Made by a program: the position numbers and the translations under genes. The notes under the pieces are model-generated. The model worked only from the letters and a program-made list of their open reading frames with translations, did not search any database and had not been told where the DNA came from. From assembly GCA_947630675.1 (NCBI GenBank), contig CANRIN010000013.1, forward strand, positions 4,364 through 36,363: 32,000 nucleotides of DNA, written 5' to 3'. Positions within the stretch are counted from its first letter, which is position 1; each line of letters opens with the position of its first letter. The stretch comes from an uncultured Clostridia bacterium (GTDB lineage: Bacteria; Bacillota; Clostridia; Oscillospirales; JAAYOS01). This document shows, piece after piece, positions 7,144 to 17,787 of the stretch.

Positions 7144-7217
7144 TGGCTGGGATGGCAGGAGTCGAACCTGCGATGCAAGAGTCAAAGTCTCGTGCCTTAC
7201 CGCTTGGCTACACCCCA
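7144..7217 (-). tRNA. tRNA-Gln (anticodon UUG), CCA encoded
   Basis: Minus strand reads TGGGGTGTAGCCAAGCGGTAAGGCACGAGACTTTGACTCTTGCATCGCAGGTTCGACTCCTGCCATCCCAGCCA. It has U1-A72 as in bacterial tRNA-Gln and anticodon loop CTTTGAC. Confidence 0.93.
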
Positions 7218-7222
7218 AAGTA

Positions 7223-7795
7223 TTTCTCCTGCAAAGCAGGCTTTGCAGGAGAATAATCTGTTCAAAAGGCTTTCAGCCTTTTGAACAGATTATTGCGCTG
7301 CGCTTCGCGCCGACTTTTCCGCCCTTGGCGAAAAAGCGTCGCATGCTCCGCGAGAGGTATTTTCGGCGCCGTACACGCCGCCGCCGAAAATGGATTGGAC
7401 TCTATTCGCCGCCTGCGGCGGCGAAACTCTGCGAGGCTGTTGCGGAATGTCGGCGTTAAACCGCCCTCCGCGCCAGTTCACGCGGTCAAATTCGGCGCTA
7501 CGCGCCGAATTTGCGCAGGGGATTCATAACAATGTCCAGCTTTGCCTGCAAAGCGGGCAAAGCTCACGAGGGCTGAAAATGTTCCGATGAGGAATTTGTC
7601 GTCGACCTCGTGTTCGCCCCGAGCATTTGAATCGGAAGAGCTCCCAAACGGTCTACTTACCGTTTGGGATCCTGATGCGCCCGGTGGGAGCGGCCGGTGC
7701 GTAAAAAGTTTAAGGGCGCATTCTCTGCGAGGCTTCATGCCTCATTTGCCGCCGAGGCGGCAGAACTTCACATAGAGCCTTTGAGCTAAATAACG
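7223..7795. repeat. Mosaic of modular hairpin repeats (same family as 12352-12540, 23480-23900, 28710-29362 and 30290-30660)
   Basis: Begins with two perfect palindromes (ttctcctgcaaag-caggc-tttgcaggagaa and aatctgttcaaaaggct-ttc-agccttttgaacagatt). It then carries modules shared with other loci: ..gctccgcgagaggtattttcggcg..cgccgaaaat.., ..gaaactctgcgaggc.., tgcctgcaaagcgggcaaagctcacgagggctgaa.., gccccgagcatttgaatcggaagagctccc, and ..gatgcgcccgg... Confidence 0.85.
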
Positions 7796-7829
7796 GAGAG
7801 GCGGGGACGATTTCGTCCGCGCCTCTCCG
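7794..7829 (-). terminator. Hairpin terminator downstream of the tRNA-Gly/Arg/His cluster
   Basis: cggagaggcg..ggacg-attt-cgtcc..cgcctctccg. On the minus strand it is followed by uuauuua, and on the plus strand by ttttct. Confidence 0.55.
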
Positions 7830-7836
7830 TTTTCTC

Positions 7837-7914
7837 TGGGGTGGGTGATGGGACTCGAACCCACGGTCTTCGGAACCACAATCCGACGCGTTAGCCAACT
7901 ACGCCACACCCACC
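7837..7914 (-). tRNA. tRNA-His (anticodon GUG) with G-1, CCA encoded
   Basis: Minus strand reads GGTGGGTGTGGCGTAGTTGGCTAACGCGTCGGATTGTGGTTCCGAAGACCGTGGGTTCGAGTCCCATCACCCACCCCA. It has an extra 5' G, anticodon stem TCGGA/TCCGA and loop TTGTGGT. Confidence 0.93.
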
Positions 7915-7939
7915 ATATTGACCCGCTCAGGCCGGAAAC

Positions 7940-8016
<77 letters not shown>

Positions 8017-8036
8017 ATCTCTCGCATTTGCGGAAA

Positions 8037-8110
<74 letters not shown>

Positions 8111-8120
8111 GCGCCCAAAT

Positions 8121-8149
8121 ACTATACCAAAAACGCATTCAAAAGTCAA
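8121..8149 (-). promoter_or_regulatory. Strong promoter for the tRNA cluster (TTGACT-17-TATAGT with TGn and an AT-rich UP-like region)
   Basis: Minus strand reads ttgact tttgaatgcgtttttgg tatagt, 10 nt before the tRNA-Gly 5' end. Upstream is taaaatttttaaagattttc. Confidence 0.65.
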
Positions 8150-8176
8150 TACCTAAAGAGAAAATCTTTAAAAATT

Positions 8177-9229
8177 TTAGCGTTCGAGCTCCGTCTCGCA
8201 GTATCCGCAGCGCCCGTCTTCGTCAAGTATCGGGATATAGGACTCCTTGCGCGTGATGCACTTTGGATTGCGGCAGAGGTGCGGCCGCGTCTCCGGAGGG
8301 ATGTACTCCGGCTCGAATTTGCCGCCCCGCACGAGTGTCAGCAGCAGCGCCATGCGGACATACAGCCCGCACTCCGCCTGGCGGAAGTAGTACGCGCGCT
8401 CGTCGCCGTCCACGTCCATGGCTATCTCGTCTACGCGCGGCAGGGGATGCAGCACCGTCATGTCCTTCTTTGCCGGCGCGAGCATAGAAGCGGTGAGGAT
8501 GTACACGTTCTTCAGCCGCTCATACTCCGCGGGGTCGTCGAAGCGCTCGCGCTGCACCCGCGTCATGTAGAGTATGTCGAGCTCGGGGATGGCTTCCTCA
8601 AGGCTGTCGGTCTCGCGGTACTCTATCCCCTGCTCGCGGAGGAAGTCGAGCAGGTATTCCGGCGCCGCGAGAGCCTTCGGCGAGATGAGCACGAAGCGGT
8701 TGCCCGGGAAGCGTGAAAGCGCGCGCACAAGCGAGTGGACCGTCCTGCCGTACTTGAGGTCGCCGCACAGGCCGACCGTCATATTCTCGAGCGAACCGCG
8801 CCGCTCGGTGATGGCGGTGAGGTCAGCGAGCGTCTGCGTCGGGTGGAAGTGTCCGCCGTCTCCGGCGTTTATCAGCGGCGCGCGGGAGTAGAGCGAAGCC
8901 GCCTTCGACATTCCCTCCACCGGCGTCCGCATGACTATGACATCGGCGTAGGTCGAGCACATCGTTATCGTGTCCTTCAGCTTCTCGCCCTTGGAGACCG
9001 ACGAGGTGTTCGCGTCCACAAACCCGAACACTCCTCCGCCGAGCTTGAGCATCGCGGTCTGGAAGGAGAAGTTCGTCCTCGTGGACGGCTCGTAGAAGAG
9101 GCTCGCCATGACGCGGCCGCGCAGAGCGTCCTTGTAGTCGAGCGGGCTCGCCATGATATCCTTTGCGAGCGCGTAAAGGTCGTACCACTCCTCATTTGTC
9201 ATGTCGGCGAAGTCTATGAGGTGTCGCAT
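8177..9229 (-). CDS. pyrB: Aspartate carbamoyltransferase catalytic chain with a C-terminal PyrI-type zinc-domain extension
   Basis: Carries the STRTR-type motif (EPSTRTNFSF), HPTQ and HPLPRV. The N-terminus MRHLIDFADMTNEEW aligns with B. subtilis PyrB MKHLTTMSELSTEEI, so I prefer the ATG at 9229 over the ATG at 9250. The last 45 aa or so, PETRPHLCRNPKCIT...CGYCETE, resemble the E. coli PyrI zinc domain (PERIDNVLVCPNSNCIS...CKYCEKE). Confidence 0.9.
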   Translation of the reverse strand: MRHLIDFADMTNEEWYDLYALAKDIMASPLDYKDALRGRVMASLFYEPSTRTNFSFQTAMLKLGGGVFGFVDANTSSVSKGEKLKDTITMCSTYADVIVMRTPVEGMSKAASLYSRAPLINAGDGGHFHPTQTLADLTAITERRGSLENMTVGLCGDLKYGRTVHSLVRALSRFPGNRFVLISPKALAAPEYLLDFLREQGIEYRETDSLEEAIPELDILYMTRVQRERFDDPAEYERLKNVYILTASMLAPAKKDMTVLHPLPRVDEIAMDVDGDERAYYFRQAECGLYVRMALLLTLVRGGKFEPEYIPPETRPHLCRNPKCITRKESYIPILDEDGRCGYCETELER

Positions 9230-9254
9230 AAGCCGTAAACATCCTTTCATAACT

Positions 9255-9284
9255 TCCCCCGCCGCCCGAAGGGGCTGCGGGGGA
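9255..9284 (-). promoter_or_regulatory. Very stable GC hairpin between the lysA-like stop and the pyrB start (terminator or attenuator-like)
   Basis: Minus strand reads ucccccgc-a-gccc-cuuc-gggc-g-gcggggga. No U-run follows. It overlaps the GGGGGAAG that would serve as the SD for the alternative ATG at 9250. Confidence 0.4.
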
Positions 9285-9300
9285 GAAAATCATTCAACTA

Positions 9301-10563
9301 TCAGAAGAAATCCTTCGTCGTCGCGAAGTAGTCCTCCTCGGTCTCCGCGCGGCGGATCATCCTCGTGCTGCCGTCCTCGCAGAGAAGTATCTCGGCGGAG
9401 CGGAGCTTGCCGTTGTAGTTGTAGCCCATGGCGTGGCCGTGCGCGCCGGTGTCGTGTATGACGACGATGTCGCCGATGTCTATCTTCGGCAGCGCGCGGT
9501 CAACGGCGAACTTGTCGTTGTTCTCGCAGAGCGAGCCGGTGACGTCGTAGAGATGGTCGAGCGGCGCATCCTCCTTGCCCGCGACGGTGATGTGGTGGTA
9601 CGCGCCGTACATTGCGGGGCGCATGAGGTCGGCGCAGCACGCGTCGAGACCTATGTACTCCTTGTAGATGTGCTTCTCGTGCTGTGCGTGTGCGACGAGG
9701 ACGCCGTAGGGCGCAAGCATGAAGCGGCCGAGCTCGGTGTATATCGCGACGTCGTCCATTCCCTCGGGCACCAGCGTCTCCGCGTAGGCGCGGCGGACGC
9801 CCTCGCCTATCACGTCGATATTGCAGGGGCGGTCCTTCGGCTTGTACGGTATCCCGATGCCTCCGGAGAGGTTGACAAAGCTCACCGCAATTCCGGTGTC
9901 GCGCTTGAGGCGCACCGCGAGGTCGAACATCACCCGCGCGAGCATCGGATAGTACTCGTCCGCGAGGACGTTCGAGGCGAGGAAGGCGTGTATCCCGAAC
10001 CGCTTCACGCCCTTCGACTGCATGTAATGGAAAGCGTCGCAGAGCTGGTCGTAGGTCATGCCGTACTTCGCGTCGCCGGGAGTATCCATGATGTCGTTCG
10101 TGACGAGGAAGTCACCGCCGGGATTGTAGCGGCAGCAGACGGTCTCGGGCAGCGGGCCGACGTTTTTCTCGTAGTAGGCGATATGGGTGTAGTCGTCGAA
10201 GTTTACCGTGCCGCCGAGCTTCGTGCAGTAGGCGAACTCGCGCGCCTGCGTGTCGTTGGAGGAGAACATTATCTCGCTTCCCGAAAAGCCGCACTGCTCG
10301 CTCATCTTCAGCTCGATTATCGACGAGCAGTCCACCCCGCAGCCCTCCTCCCGGAGTATCTTGAGTATGGCGGGAGTGGGGGTGGCCTTCACGGCAAAGA
10401 ACTCCTTGAAGCCCTTGTTCCAGCTGAACGCCTTCAGAAGGCGGCGTGCGTTTTCGCGGATGCCGTGCTCATCGTAGAGATGGAACGGGGTGGGATACTC
10501 CGCGCATATCCTGTCGAGCTGTTCCTTGGTAACGAACGGGAGCTTGGTGCGCCGATGATCCAT
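9301..10563 (-). CDS. lysA: PLP-dependent Orn/DAP/Arg decarboxylase family protein, most like diaminopimelate decarboxylase
   Basis: 420 aa. It has the FAVKA PLP-lysine motif, a glycine-rich NLSGGIGIPY segment and a C-terminal beta-domain with CENNDKF...HDTGAHG. SD AAAGGAGAA precedes the ATG at 10563. The substrate assignment is inferred from family resemblance only. Confidence 0.7.
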   Translation of the reverse strand: MDHRRTKLPFVTKEQLDRICAEYPTPFHLYDEHGIRENARRLLKAFSWNKGFKEFFAVKATPTPAILKILREEGCGVDCSSIIELKMSEQCGFSGSEIMFSSNDTQAREFAYCTKLGGTVNFDDYTHIAYYEKNVGPLPETVCCRYNPGGDFLVTNDIMDTPGDAKYGMTYDQLCDAFHYMQSKGVKRFGIHAFLASNVLADEYYPMLARVMFDLAVRLKRDTGIAVSFVNLSGGIGIPYKPKDRPCNIDVIGEGVRRAYAETLVPEGMDDVAIYTELGRFMLAPYGVLVAHAQHEKHIYKEYIGLDACCADLMRPAMYGAYHHITVAGKEDAPLDHLYDVTGSLCENNDKFAVDRALPKIDIGDIVVIHDTGAHGHAMGYNYNGKLRSAEILLCEDGSTRMIRRAETEEDYFATTKDFF

Positions 10564-10673
10564 TGTCGGTTCTCCTTTTCACTGGGGTATACAGCATAAC
10601 TGCCGAAGGAGCCGGGCTTCTTCGGCAGCGTCCGCCGGAGGACGTCGCCGCCCGCCGGCGGAAATTATTCAAA

Positions 10674-12176
<1,503 letters not shown>

Positions 12177-12206
12177 TCAAGGTGTGGCCTCGTGTTGATT
12201 TTAGGC

Positions 12207-12235
12207 ATTGTACCATATAGATATTTCAAAGTCAA
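12207..12235 (-). promoter_or_regulatory. guaB promoter (TTGACT-17-TACAAT with TGn)
   Basis: Minus strand reads ttgact ttgaaatatctatatgg tacaat, about 60 nt upstream of the guaB ATG. Confidence 0.6.
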
Positions 12236-12307
12236 GGACTGTTCGCATTTTTCTGCACTTCGACCCGCTTGTCTCCTATTTCCGGCGACAGATTTATATA
12301 AAATGCA

Positions 12308-12337
12308 ACAGTCCCGGCGCATTCGCGCCGGGACTGT
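12308..12337 (-). terminator. Hairpin terminator downstream of uvrA
   Basis: acagtcccggcgc-attc-gcgccgggactgt. On the minus strand it is followed by tgcatttta. Confidence 0.6.
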
Positions 12338-12351
12338 ACCGCTTTTCTATT

Positions 12352-12540
12352 CGCCTCGCAGAGTTTCGCGCCTTCGGCGCGAAATAAAGTCCAATCTGTA
12401 AATTTCGGCGGCGTGAATGCGCCCTTCGACTTGCTACGCGTCGAAACTTTCTACTGGGCGCATCAGACCTCGGCGCTTCGCGCCGACGTCCCGACTTTGT
12501 ACGAAGTTGAAAATCCGCGCCCTTACCAATTTGCAGCGAA
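12352..12540. repeat. One copy of the modular repeat unit, collinear with the units at 28918-29180
   Basis: cgcctcgcagagtttcgcgccttcggcgcgaaataaagtccaatctg..ttcggcggcgtg aatgcgccc..gggcgcatcagacctcggcgcttcgcgccgacgtcccgac..cttaccaatttgcagcgaag. The module order matches the 28.7-29.4 kb array. Confidence 0.85.
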
Positions 12541-12542
12541 GT

Positions 12543-15356
12543 CTATAGGTATTTTTTAAGGAACTGCCCGGTGTAGCTCTTCTCGCACGCGGCGACCTCC
12601 TCGGGTGTGCCGCAGACGACGACCTCTCCGCCGAGGTCTCCCCCCTCCGGGCCGAGGTCTATGATGTAGTCCGCGACTTTTATCACGTCGAGGTTGTGCT
12701 CTATCACGACGACCGTGCTCCCCGCGTCGACAAACTTCTGGAGGACGCTTATCAGCCGGTGTACGTCCGCCATGTGAAGCCCCGTCGTCGGCTCGTCGAG
12801 AATGTATATCGTCTTCTCGTTCGAGCGGCGGGAGAGGTAGGTCGCTAGCTTGACGCGCTGCGCCTCGCCTCCGGAGAGCGTCGTCGACGGCTGGCCGAGC
12901 TTGATATAGCCGAGGCCCACCTCGTAGAGCGTCTGCACCTTTGCCTTGAGGCGGGGAAGGCTCTCGAAGAACCCCAGCGCCTCCTCGACCGTCATGTCGA
13001 GCACGTCCGCTATGCTCTTGCCCTTGTACTTCACTTCGAGCGTCTCGCGGTTGTAGCGCTTGCCGTGGCAGACCGAGCAGGGCACGAACACGTCAGGCAG
13101 GAAGTGCATCTCTATTTTGACAAGTCCGTCGCCCGCGCACGCCTCGCAGCGCCCGCCGCGGGTGTTGAAGCTGAACCGTCCCGGTCCGTAGCCGCGCACC
13201 TTCGCGTCCTGCGTGGAGGCAAAGAGGTTGCGGATGTCGTCAAAGAGACCGGTGTAGGTCGCGGGGTTCGAGCGCGGCGTCCGCCCTATCGGGGACTGGT
13301 CGACGCTTATGACCTTGTCGAGATTTTCAAGCCCTTCGATGCGGTCGTGGCGCCCGAAGGTCGTGTGCGCGCCGTTGAGGTCGCGCGCGAGGCGCTTGTA
13401 AAGTATCTCGTTTATGAGCGAGCTCTTGCCGCTGCCACTCACTCCGGTGACGACCGTGAAGGTCCCGAGCGGTATCTCCACGTCGATGTCCTTCAGATTG
13501 TTCTGCTTTGCGCCGCGTATGGTGAGCTTCTTCCCGCTGCCGGGGCGGCGCTTCTCGGGGAGGGCTATCTTCCGCTTGCCCGAGAGGTACTGGCCGGTGA
13601 GCGAGCGCGGATTTGCCACGATGTCCTCGAGGCTCCCCGCCGCGATTATCTCGCCGCCGTGGACGCCCGCGCCGGGACCGACGTCGACGATATAGTCGGC
13701 GGCGCGCATGGTGTCCTCGTCATGCTCGACGACTATCAGCGTGTTGCCGAGGTCGCGGAGCTCTCTCAGCGTCGCGAGCAGCTTGTTGTTGTCCCGCTGG
13801 TGGAGCCCTATCGACGGCTCGTCGAGGACGTACAGCACGCCCGCGAGCGACGAGCCTATCTGCGTCGCGAGGCGTATCCGCTGCGCCTCGCCGCCGGAGA
13901 GCGTCCCCGCGGCGCGGCTGAGGGTCAGATACTCGAGACCTACCGAGCGCAGGAACCCGAGCCGCGACTTCAGTTCCTTGATTATCTCCCGTGTGACTAT
14001 CTGCTCCGACTCGCTGAAGCGAAGCGTGTCGATAAACTCCAGCGCCTTTACCACCGAGAAGTCACAGTAGTCCGCGATGGACATTCCGCCGACGGTGACG
14101 GCGAGCGTCTCCTTGCGGAGCCGCTTGCCGTGGCAGTCCGGGCAGGGATGCTCGCTCATGTACTGCTCGATGTCCGCGCGCGACCAGTCGCTCTGTGTCT
14201 CCTGATAGCGGCGCTCGAGGTTGGGGATGATGCCCTCGAACGCGTGCATGTAGGTGCCGGCGCGGCCGTCCTTGCCGTACTGCATTTTGAGCTTCTTCGT
14301 CGTGCCATGGAGGAGGGCGTGCATCGCCTCCTCCGAGAGCTCGGAGAGCGGCGTGTCGAGCGTGAAGCCGTACTCCTCGCCGAGGGCGCGGTAGTTCATC
14401 TCCGCCATCGTGCCCGCCGTGGGCTTGCCCCACGCGCGGACGGCTCCCTCGCGGAGCGAAAGCGACATGTCCGGGATTATCTTATCCGGGTCGAGCTCGA
14501 GCTTGAAGCCGAGGCCGCCGCAGGTCGGGCACGCTCCGTAGGGCGTGTTGAAGGAGAACATGCGCGGCGACAGCTCCTCTATCGAGATGCCGCAGTCCTC
14601 GCAGGCGTAGTTCTGGCTGAACATTATCTCGCGCTTCTCGTCCGGTATCTCGATGAGCACCAGCCCGCCCGCGAGCGCGGACGCGGTCTCCACCGAGTCG
14701 GTGACGCGCCGCGCGCCGTCCGCCCGGATGACGAGGCGGTCTATGACTATCTCGATGTTGTGCTTCTTCTGCTTGTCGAGCTTTATCTCCTCGTCGAGCG
14801 AGTAGGTGACGCCGTCGACGCGGGCGCGGGCGTAGCCGCTGTGCCGCGCGTCCTCAAAGACGTTCTTGTACTCGCCCTTCCTGCGCCGGACGACCGGCGC
14901 GAGCACCTGTATCCTCGTGCCCTCTCCGAGCGCGAGGATCTGGTCGACTATCTGGTCCACCGTCTGCTGCTTTATCTCCTTGCCGCACTTCGGGCAGTGC
15001 GGGATGCCCGCGCGCGCCCAGAGCAGGCGGAGATAGTCGTATATCTCGGTGACCGTTCCGACGGTCGAGCGCGGGTTTTTCGAGGTGGTCTTCTGGTCTA
15101 TCGAAATGGCGGGGCTCAGTCCCTCGATGTAGTCCACGTCCGGCTTGTCCATCTGCCCGAGGAACTGGCGCGCGTAGCTCGACAGGCTCTCGACGTAGCG
15201 GCGCTGCCCCTCGGCGTATATCGTGTCGAACGCGAGCGAGCTCTTGCCGCTGCCGGATATGCCGGTCATGACGATGAGCTTGTCGCGCGGCAGCTCGAGC
15301 GAGACGTTCTTGAGATTGTTCACTCTCGCGCCCTGTATTATAAGTTTATTCTGCAT
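12543..15356 (-). CDS. uvrA: Excinuclease ABC subunit A
   Basis: Starts [40 protein letters not shown]. It has two ABC modules (GISGSGKSS and GVSGSGKSS, with two LSGGE signatures) and CxxC zinc modules. I chose the ATG at 15356, which follows GAAGAGGAA, over the longer track ORF. Confidence 0.97.
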   Translation of the reverse strand: MQNKLIIQGARVNNLKNVSLELPRDKLIVMTGISGSGKSSLAFDTIYAEGQRRYVESLSSYARQFLGQMDKPDVDYIEGLSPAISIDQKTTSKNPRSTVGTVTEIYDYLRLLWARAGIPHCPKCGKEIKQQTVDQIVDQILALGEGTRIQVLAPVVRRRKGEYKNVFEDARHSGYARARVDGVTYSLDEEIKLDKQKKHNIEIVIDRLVIRADGARRVTDSVETASALAGGLVLIEIPDEKREIMFSQNYACEDCGISIEELSPRMFSFNTPYGACPTCGGLGFKLELDPDKIIPDMSLSLREGAVRAWGKPTAGTMAEMNYRALGEEYGFTLDTPLSELSEEAMHALLHGTTKKLKMQYGKDGRAGTYMHAFEGIIPNLERRYQETQSDWSRADIEQYMSEHPCPDCHGKRLRKETLAVTVGGMSIADYCDFSVVKALEFIDTLRFSESEQIVTREIIKELKSRLGFLRSVGLEYLTLSRAAGTLSGGEAQRIRLATQIGSSLAGVLYVLDEPSIGLHQRDNNKLLATLRELRDLGNTLIVVEHDEDTMRAADYIVDVGPGAGVHGGEIIAAGSLEDIVANPRSLTGQYLSGKRKIALPEKRRPGSGKKLTIRGAKQNNLKDIDVEIPLGTFTVVTGVSGSGKSSLINEILYKRLARDLNGAHTTFGRHDRIEGLENLDKVISVDQSPIGRTPRSNPATYTGLFDDIRNLFASTQDAKVRGYGPGRFSFNTRGGRCEACAGDGLVKIEMHFLPDVFVPCSVCHGKRYNRETLEVKYKGKSIADVLDMTVEEALGFFESLPRLKAKVQTLYEVGLGYIKLGQPSTTLSGGEAQRVKLATYLSRRSNEKTIYILDEPTTGLHMADVHRLISVLQKFVDAGSTVVVIEHNLDVIKVADYIIDLGPEGGDLGGEVVVCGTPEEVAACEKSYTGQFLKKYL

Positions 15357-17439
15357 TTCCTCTTCCGCTCCGTTTCCTGCCGCCCGAGGCGGGTCCCGTC
15401 CCGCCCGGCCGCTTTTTCCGATTGCCCGGGGCTGCGGTGCCTGCACGCCGCGCGGGCTTTTCCGCCGCGGCGGCGTCCTTGCCGCCGCGGAGACGTATTA
15501 TCCTGTCGCGCAGGATCGCCGCATACTCGAACTCGAGCATTCGGCTCGCCTCGCGCATCTGCTTTTCGAGCTGAGCTATGAGCTCGGCGCGCTCGCCCGA
15601 GGTCATGCACATCTCGCCCTCGTCGCGCTCCTCCTCCGCGGCCCTCGCTATGTCGATGAGCTCGCGGACGTCCTTGCGTATCGTCTTCGGGACGATGCCG
15701 TGCTCCTCGTTGAACTTCATCTGTATAGCGCGGCGGCGGTTCGTCTCGGAGATGGCGCGGTGCATCGAATCGGTGACGGTGTCCGCGTACATTATCACCT
15801 TGCCCTCCGCGTTCCGCGCCGCGCGGCCTATCGTCTGAATGAGCGAGGTCTCGTTTCTGAGGAAGCCCTCCTTATCCGCGTCGAGTATCGCGACAAGCGA
15901 CACCTCCGGGATGTCCAGGCCCTCGCGGAGGAGGTTTATTCCCACCAGAACGTCAAACTCTCCCGCGCGGAGGTCGCGGATTATCTCCGCGCGCTCGAGC
16001 GTCTCCACCGCGTGGTGCATGTACCGCACGCGGACGCCCACGCCGCGCAGATGGGTCGTGAGGTCCTCCGCCATCTTCTTTGTGAGCGTCGTAACAAGCA
16101 CGCGCTCGTTCTTCTCCGCGCGCTCGTTTATCTCGCCTATGAGGTCGTCTATCTGTCCGTCTACCGGGCGCACCTCCACCTCCGGGTCGACAAGTCCGGT
16201 GGGACGTATGACCTGCTCGACGATCTGCCCCGACCGCTCGCGTTCGTACTGCGAGGGCGTCGCGGAGACGTATATCACCTGATTCAGCTTCTCGCGGAAC
16301 TCGTCGAAGTTCAGCGGGCGGTTGTCGAGTGCGGACGGCAGGCGGAAGCCGTAGTCTACAAGCGACGTCTTCCGCGCGCGGTCGCCGTTGAACATCCCGC
16401 GCACCTGCGGCAGGGTGACGTGGCTCTCGTCTATGAAGAGCAGGAAGTCCTTGGGGAAGTAGTCGAGCAGCGTCGTCGGCGTGGAGCCGGGCGCGCGCCG
16501 CGCGAGCACGCGGGAGTAGTTCTCCACGCCCGAGCAGAAGCCGAGCTCGCGGAGCATCTCGACGTCGTACTCGGTGCGCTGGCGTATCCTCTGTGCTTCG
16601 AGCAGCTTGTCCTGCGACTCGAACCACTTCACCCGCTCCTCCATCTCGTCCTCGATGTCCTTTATCGCCTCGTTCAGCTTTTCAAGCGAGGTGATGTAGT
16701 GAGAATTGGGGTAGAACGCGACGTAGTTCACGTCCGCGACGCGTTCGCCCGTGACGAGCTTTATCTCGCTTATCCTCTCCACCTCGTCTCCGAAGAACTC
16801 GACGCGGTAGCTCTCGTCCGCAAAGCTCGGCGGCACTACCTCGACTATGTCGCCGCGTACGCGGAAGGTGCCGCGCTCCTGCGCCATGTCGTTTCGCGCG
16901 TAGTGGTTATCGACGAGGCGGCGGAGAAACACGTCCCGATCTAGGTTCTGCCCGACGCGGACGCTCGTCACCTGAGCCGCATACTCCTCCGGGTCGCCGA
17001 GCGTGTAGATGCAGCTCACCGAGGCGACGATTATCACGTCCCGCCGCTCAAAGAGCGCGCTCGTCGCGGAATGGCGCAGGCGCTCTATCTCGGAGTTTAT
17101 CGACATGTCCTTCTCGATGTAGGTGTCGGTGTGGGGGATATACGCCTCCGGCTGATAGTAGTCGTAGTAGCTGACGAAGTACTCGACCGCGTTTTTCGGA
17201 AAGAACTCGCGGAACTCGCTTGCAAGCTGCGCCGCGAGGGTCTTATTGTGCGCGAGCACAAGCGTCGGCCGCTGCACGCGCTCTATCACCTTTGCCATCG
17301 TGAAGGTCTTGCCCGAGCCGGTAACGCCGAGCAGCGTCTGCTCGTCAAGCCCGTTCTCGACGCCCTCCGCAAGAGCCTCTATCGCCTGCGGCTGATCTCC
17401 CGCAGGCTCGTATTTGCTCACGACCTCGAATTTAGGCAC
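15346..17439 (-). CDS. uvrB: Excinuclease ABC subunit B
   Basis: Starts with [12 protein letters not shown], and has Walker A GVTGSGKT, helicase motifs and the UVR domain ([11 protein letters not shown]). The GTG start at 17439 follows GGAGAGGAGAG. An extra G/A/R/K-rich tail of about 45 aa follows the UVR domain. The stop overlaps the uvrA start by 11 nt. Confidence 0.97.
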   Translation of the reverse strand: MPKFEVVSKYEPAGDQPQAIEALAEGVENGLDEQTLLGVTGSGKTFTMAKVIERVQRPTLVLAHNKTLAAQLASEFREFFPKNAVEYFVSYYDYYQPEAYIPHTDTYIEKDMSINSEIERLRHSATSALFERRDVIIVASVSCIYTLGDPEEYAAQVTSVRVGQNLDRDVFLRRLVDNHYARNDMAQERGTFRVRGDIVEVVPPSFADESYRVEFFGDEVERISEIKLVTGERVADVNYVAFYPNSHYITSLEKLNEAIKDIEDEMEERVKWFESQDKLLEAQRIRQRTEYDVEMLRELGFCSGVENYSRVLARRAPGSTPTTLLDYFPKDFLLFIDESHVTLPQVRGMFNGDRARKTSLVDYGFRLPSALDNRPLNFDEFREKLNQVIYVSATPSQYERERSGQIVEQVIRPTGLVDPEVEVRPVDGQIDDLIGEINERAEKNERVLVTTLTKKMAEDLTTHLRGVGVRVRYMHHAVETLERAEIIRDLRAGEFDVLVGINLLREGLDIPEVSLVAILDADKEGFLRNETSLIQTIGRAARNAEGKVIMYADTVTDSMHRAISETNRRRAIQMKFNEEHGIVPKTIRKDVRELIDIARAAEEERDEGEMCMTSGERAELIAQLEKQMREASRMLEFEYAAILRDRIIRLRGGKDAAAAEKPARRAGTAAPGNRKKRPGGTGPASGGRKRSGRGNAE

Positions 17440-17594
17440 CGCGTCTCTCCTCTCCTCACGGGCGCTCTCCCGCGCCCCTATTATAGCGCTCCTCCGAGCG
17501 CGTGAATGTCATATTTGTCGGAAAAATATCACTATTCTTTGTTTCGTTCCGGAACAGCGCGAAAGTCTGCGCCGCGCACCGTTCCGGCATAAAC

Positions 17595-17623
17595 ATTATA
17601 TCAGAACATACGTTCAAAATCAA
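17595..17623 (-). promoter_or_regulatory. uvrBA promoter (TTGATT-17-TATAAT)
   Basis: Minus strand reads ttgatt ttgaacgtatgttctga tataat. Confidence 0.6.
17603..17616. promoter_or_regulatory. LexA (Cheo/DinR) box AGAAC-ATAC-GTTCA within the uvrBA promoter spacer
   Basis: Matches the Gram-positive SOS operator consensus CGAAC-N4-GTTCG in the GAAC-N4-GTTC core. It lies between the -35 and -10 of the uvrB promoter. Confidence 0.75.
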
Positions 17624-17709
17624 CCCCGAGCGCAGGACAATTTCGCCGAAAATGTTCCTTTCGCGGCTCGAAGCGTTGGCGCCCGTGTCGAAAAAATTCA
17701 GCGCGGCTA

Positions 17710-17738
17710 TTGACAATTTAACAAAACACCGTTAATAT
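17710..17738 (+). promoter_or_regulatory. Consensus-like promoter (TTGACA-17-TAATAT) for the DUF4190-like gene
   Basis: Plus strand reads ttgaca atttaacaaaacaccgt taatat, about 50 nt upstream of the ATG at 17788. Confidence 0.6.
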
Positions 17739-17787
17739 AATAACGGGTATAGTGGATAATACCCAAAATATTATGGGAGGAATTGGA

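Noticed and set aside
9230-9250. Longer PyrB start (MKGCLRL-MRHL...)
   Set aside because: It is kept only as an alternative. MRHLIDFADMTNEEW aligns with the true N-terminus of B. subtilis PyrB, and the SD for the ATG at 9250 is buried in a strong hairpin. N-terminal proteomics would settle it.
15357-15446. 30-aa N-terminal extension of uvrA ([13 protein letters not shown]...)
   Set aside because: It lies within the uvrB coding region. Canonical UvrA begins at [17 protein letters not shown], with an SD-like GAAGAGGAA upstream.
13065-15581. 838-aa plus-strand ORF opposite uvrA. Similar long antisense ORFs are 15223..16944 opposite uvrB and 10563..12104 opposite guaB.
   Set aside because: These are shadow ORFs typical of high-GC DNA. 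Their composition is dominated by Arg, Ala, Val and Leu, they have no SD or promoter, and each lies exactly opposite a strongly conserved, motif-rich gene.
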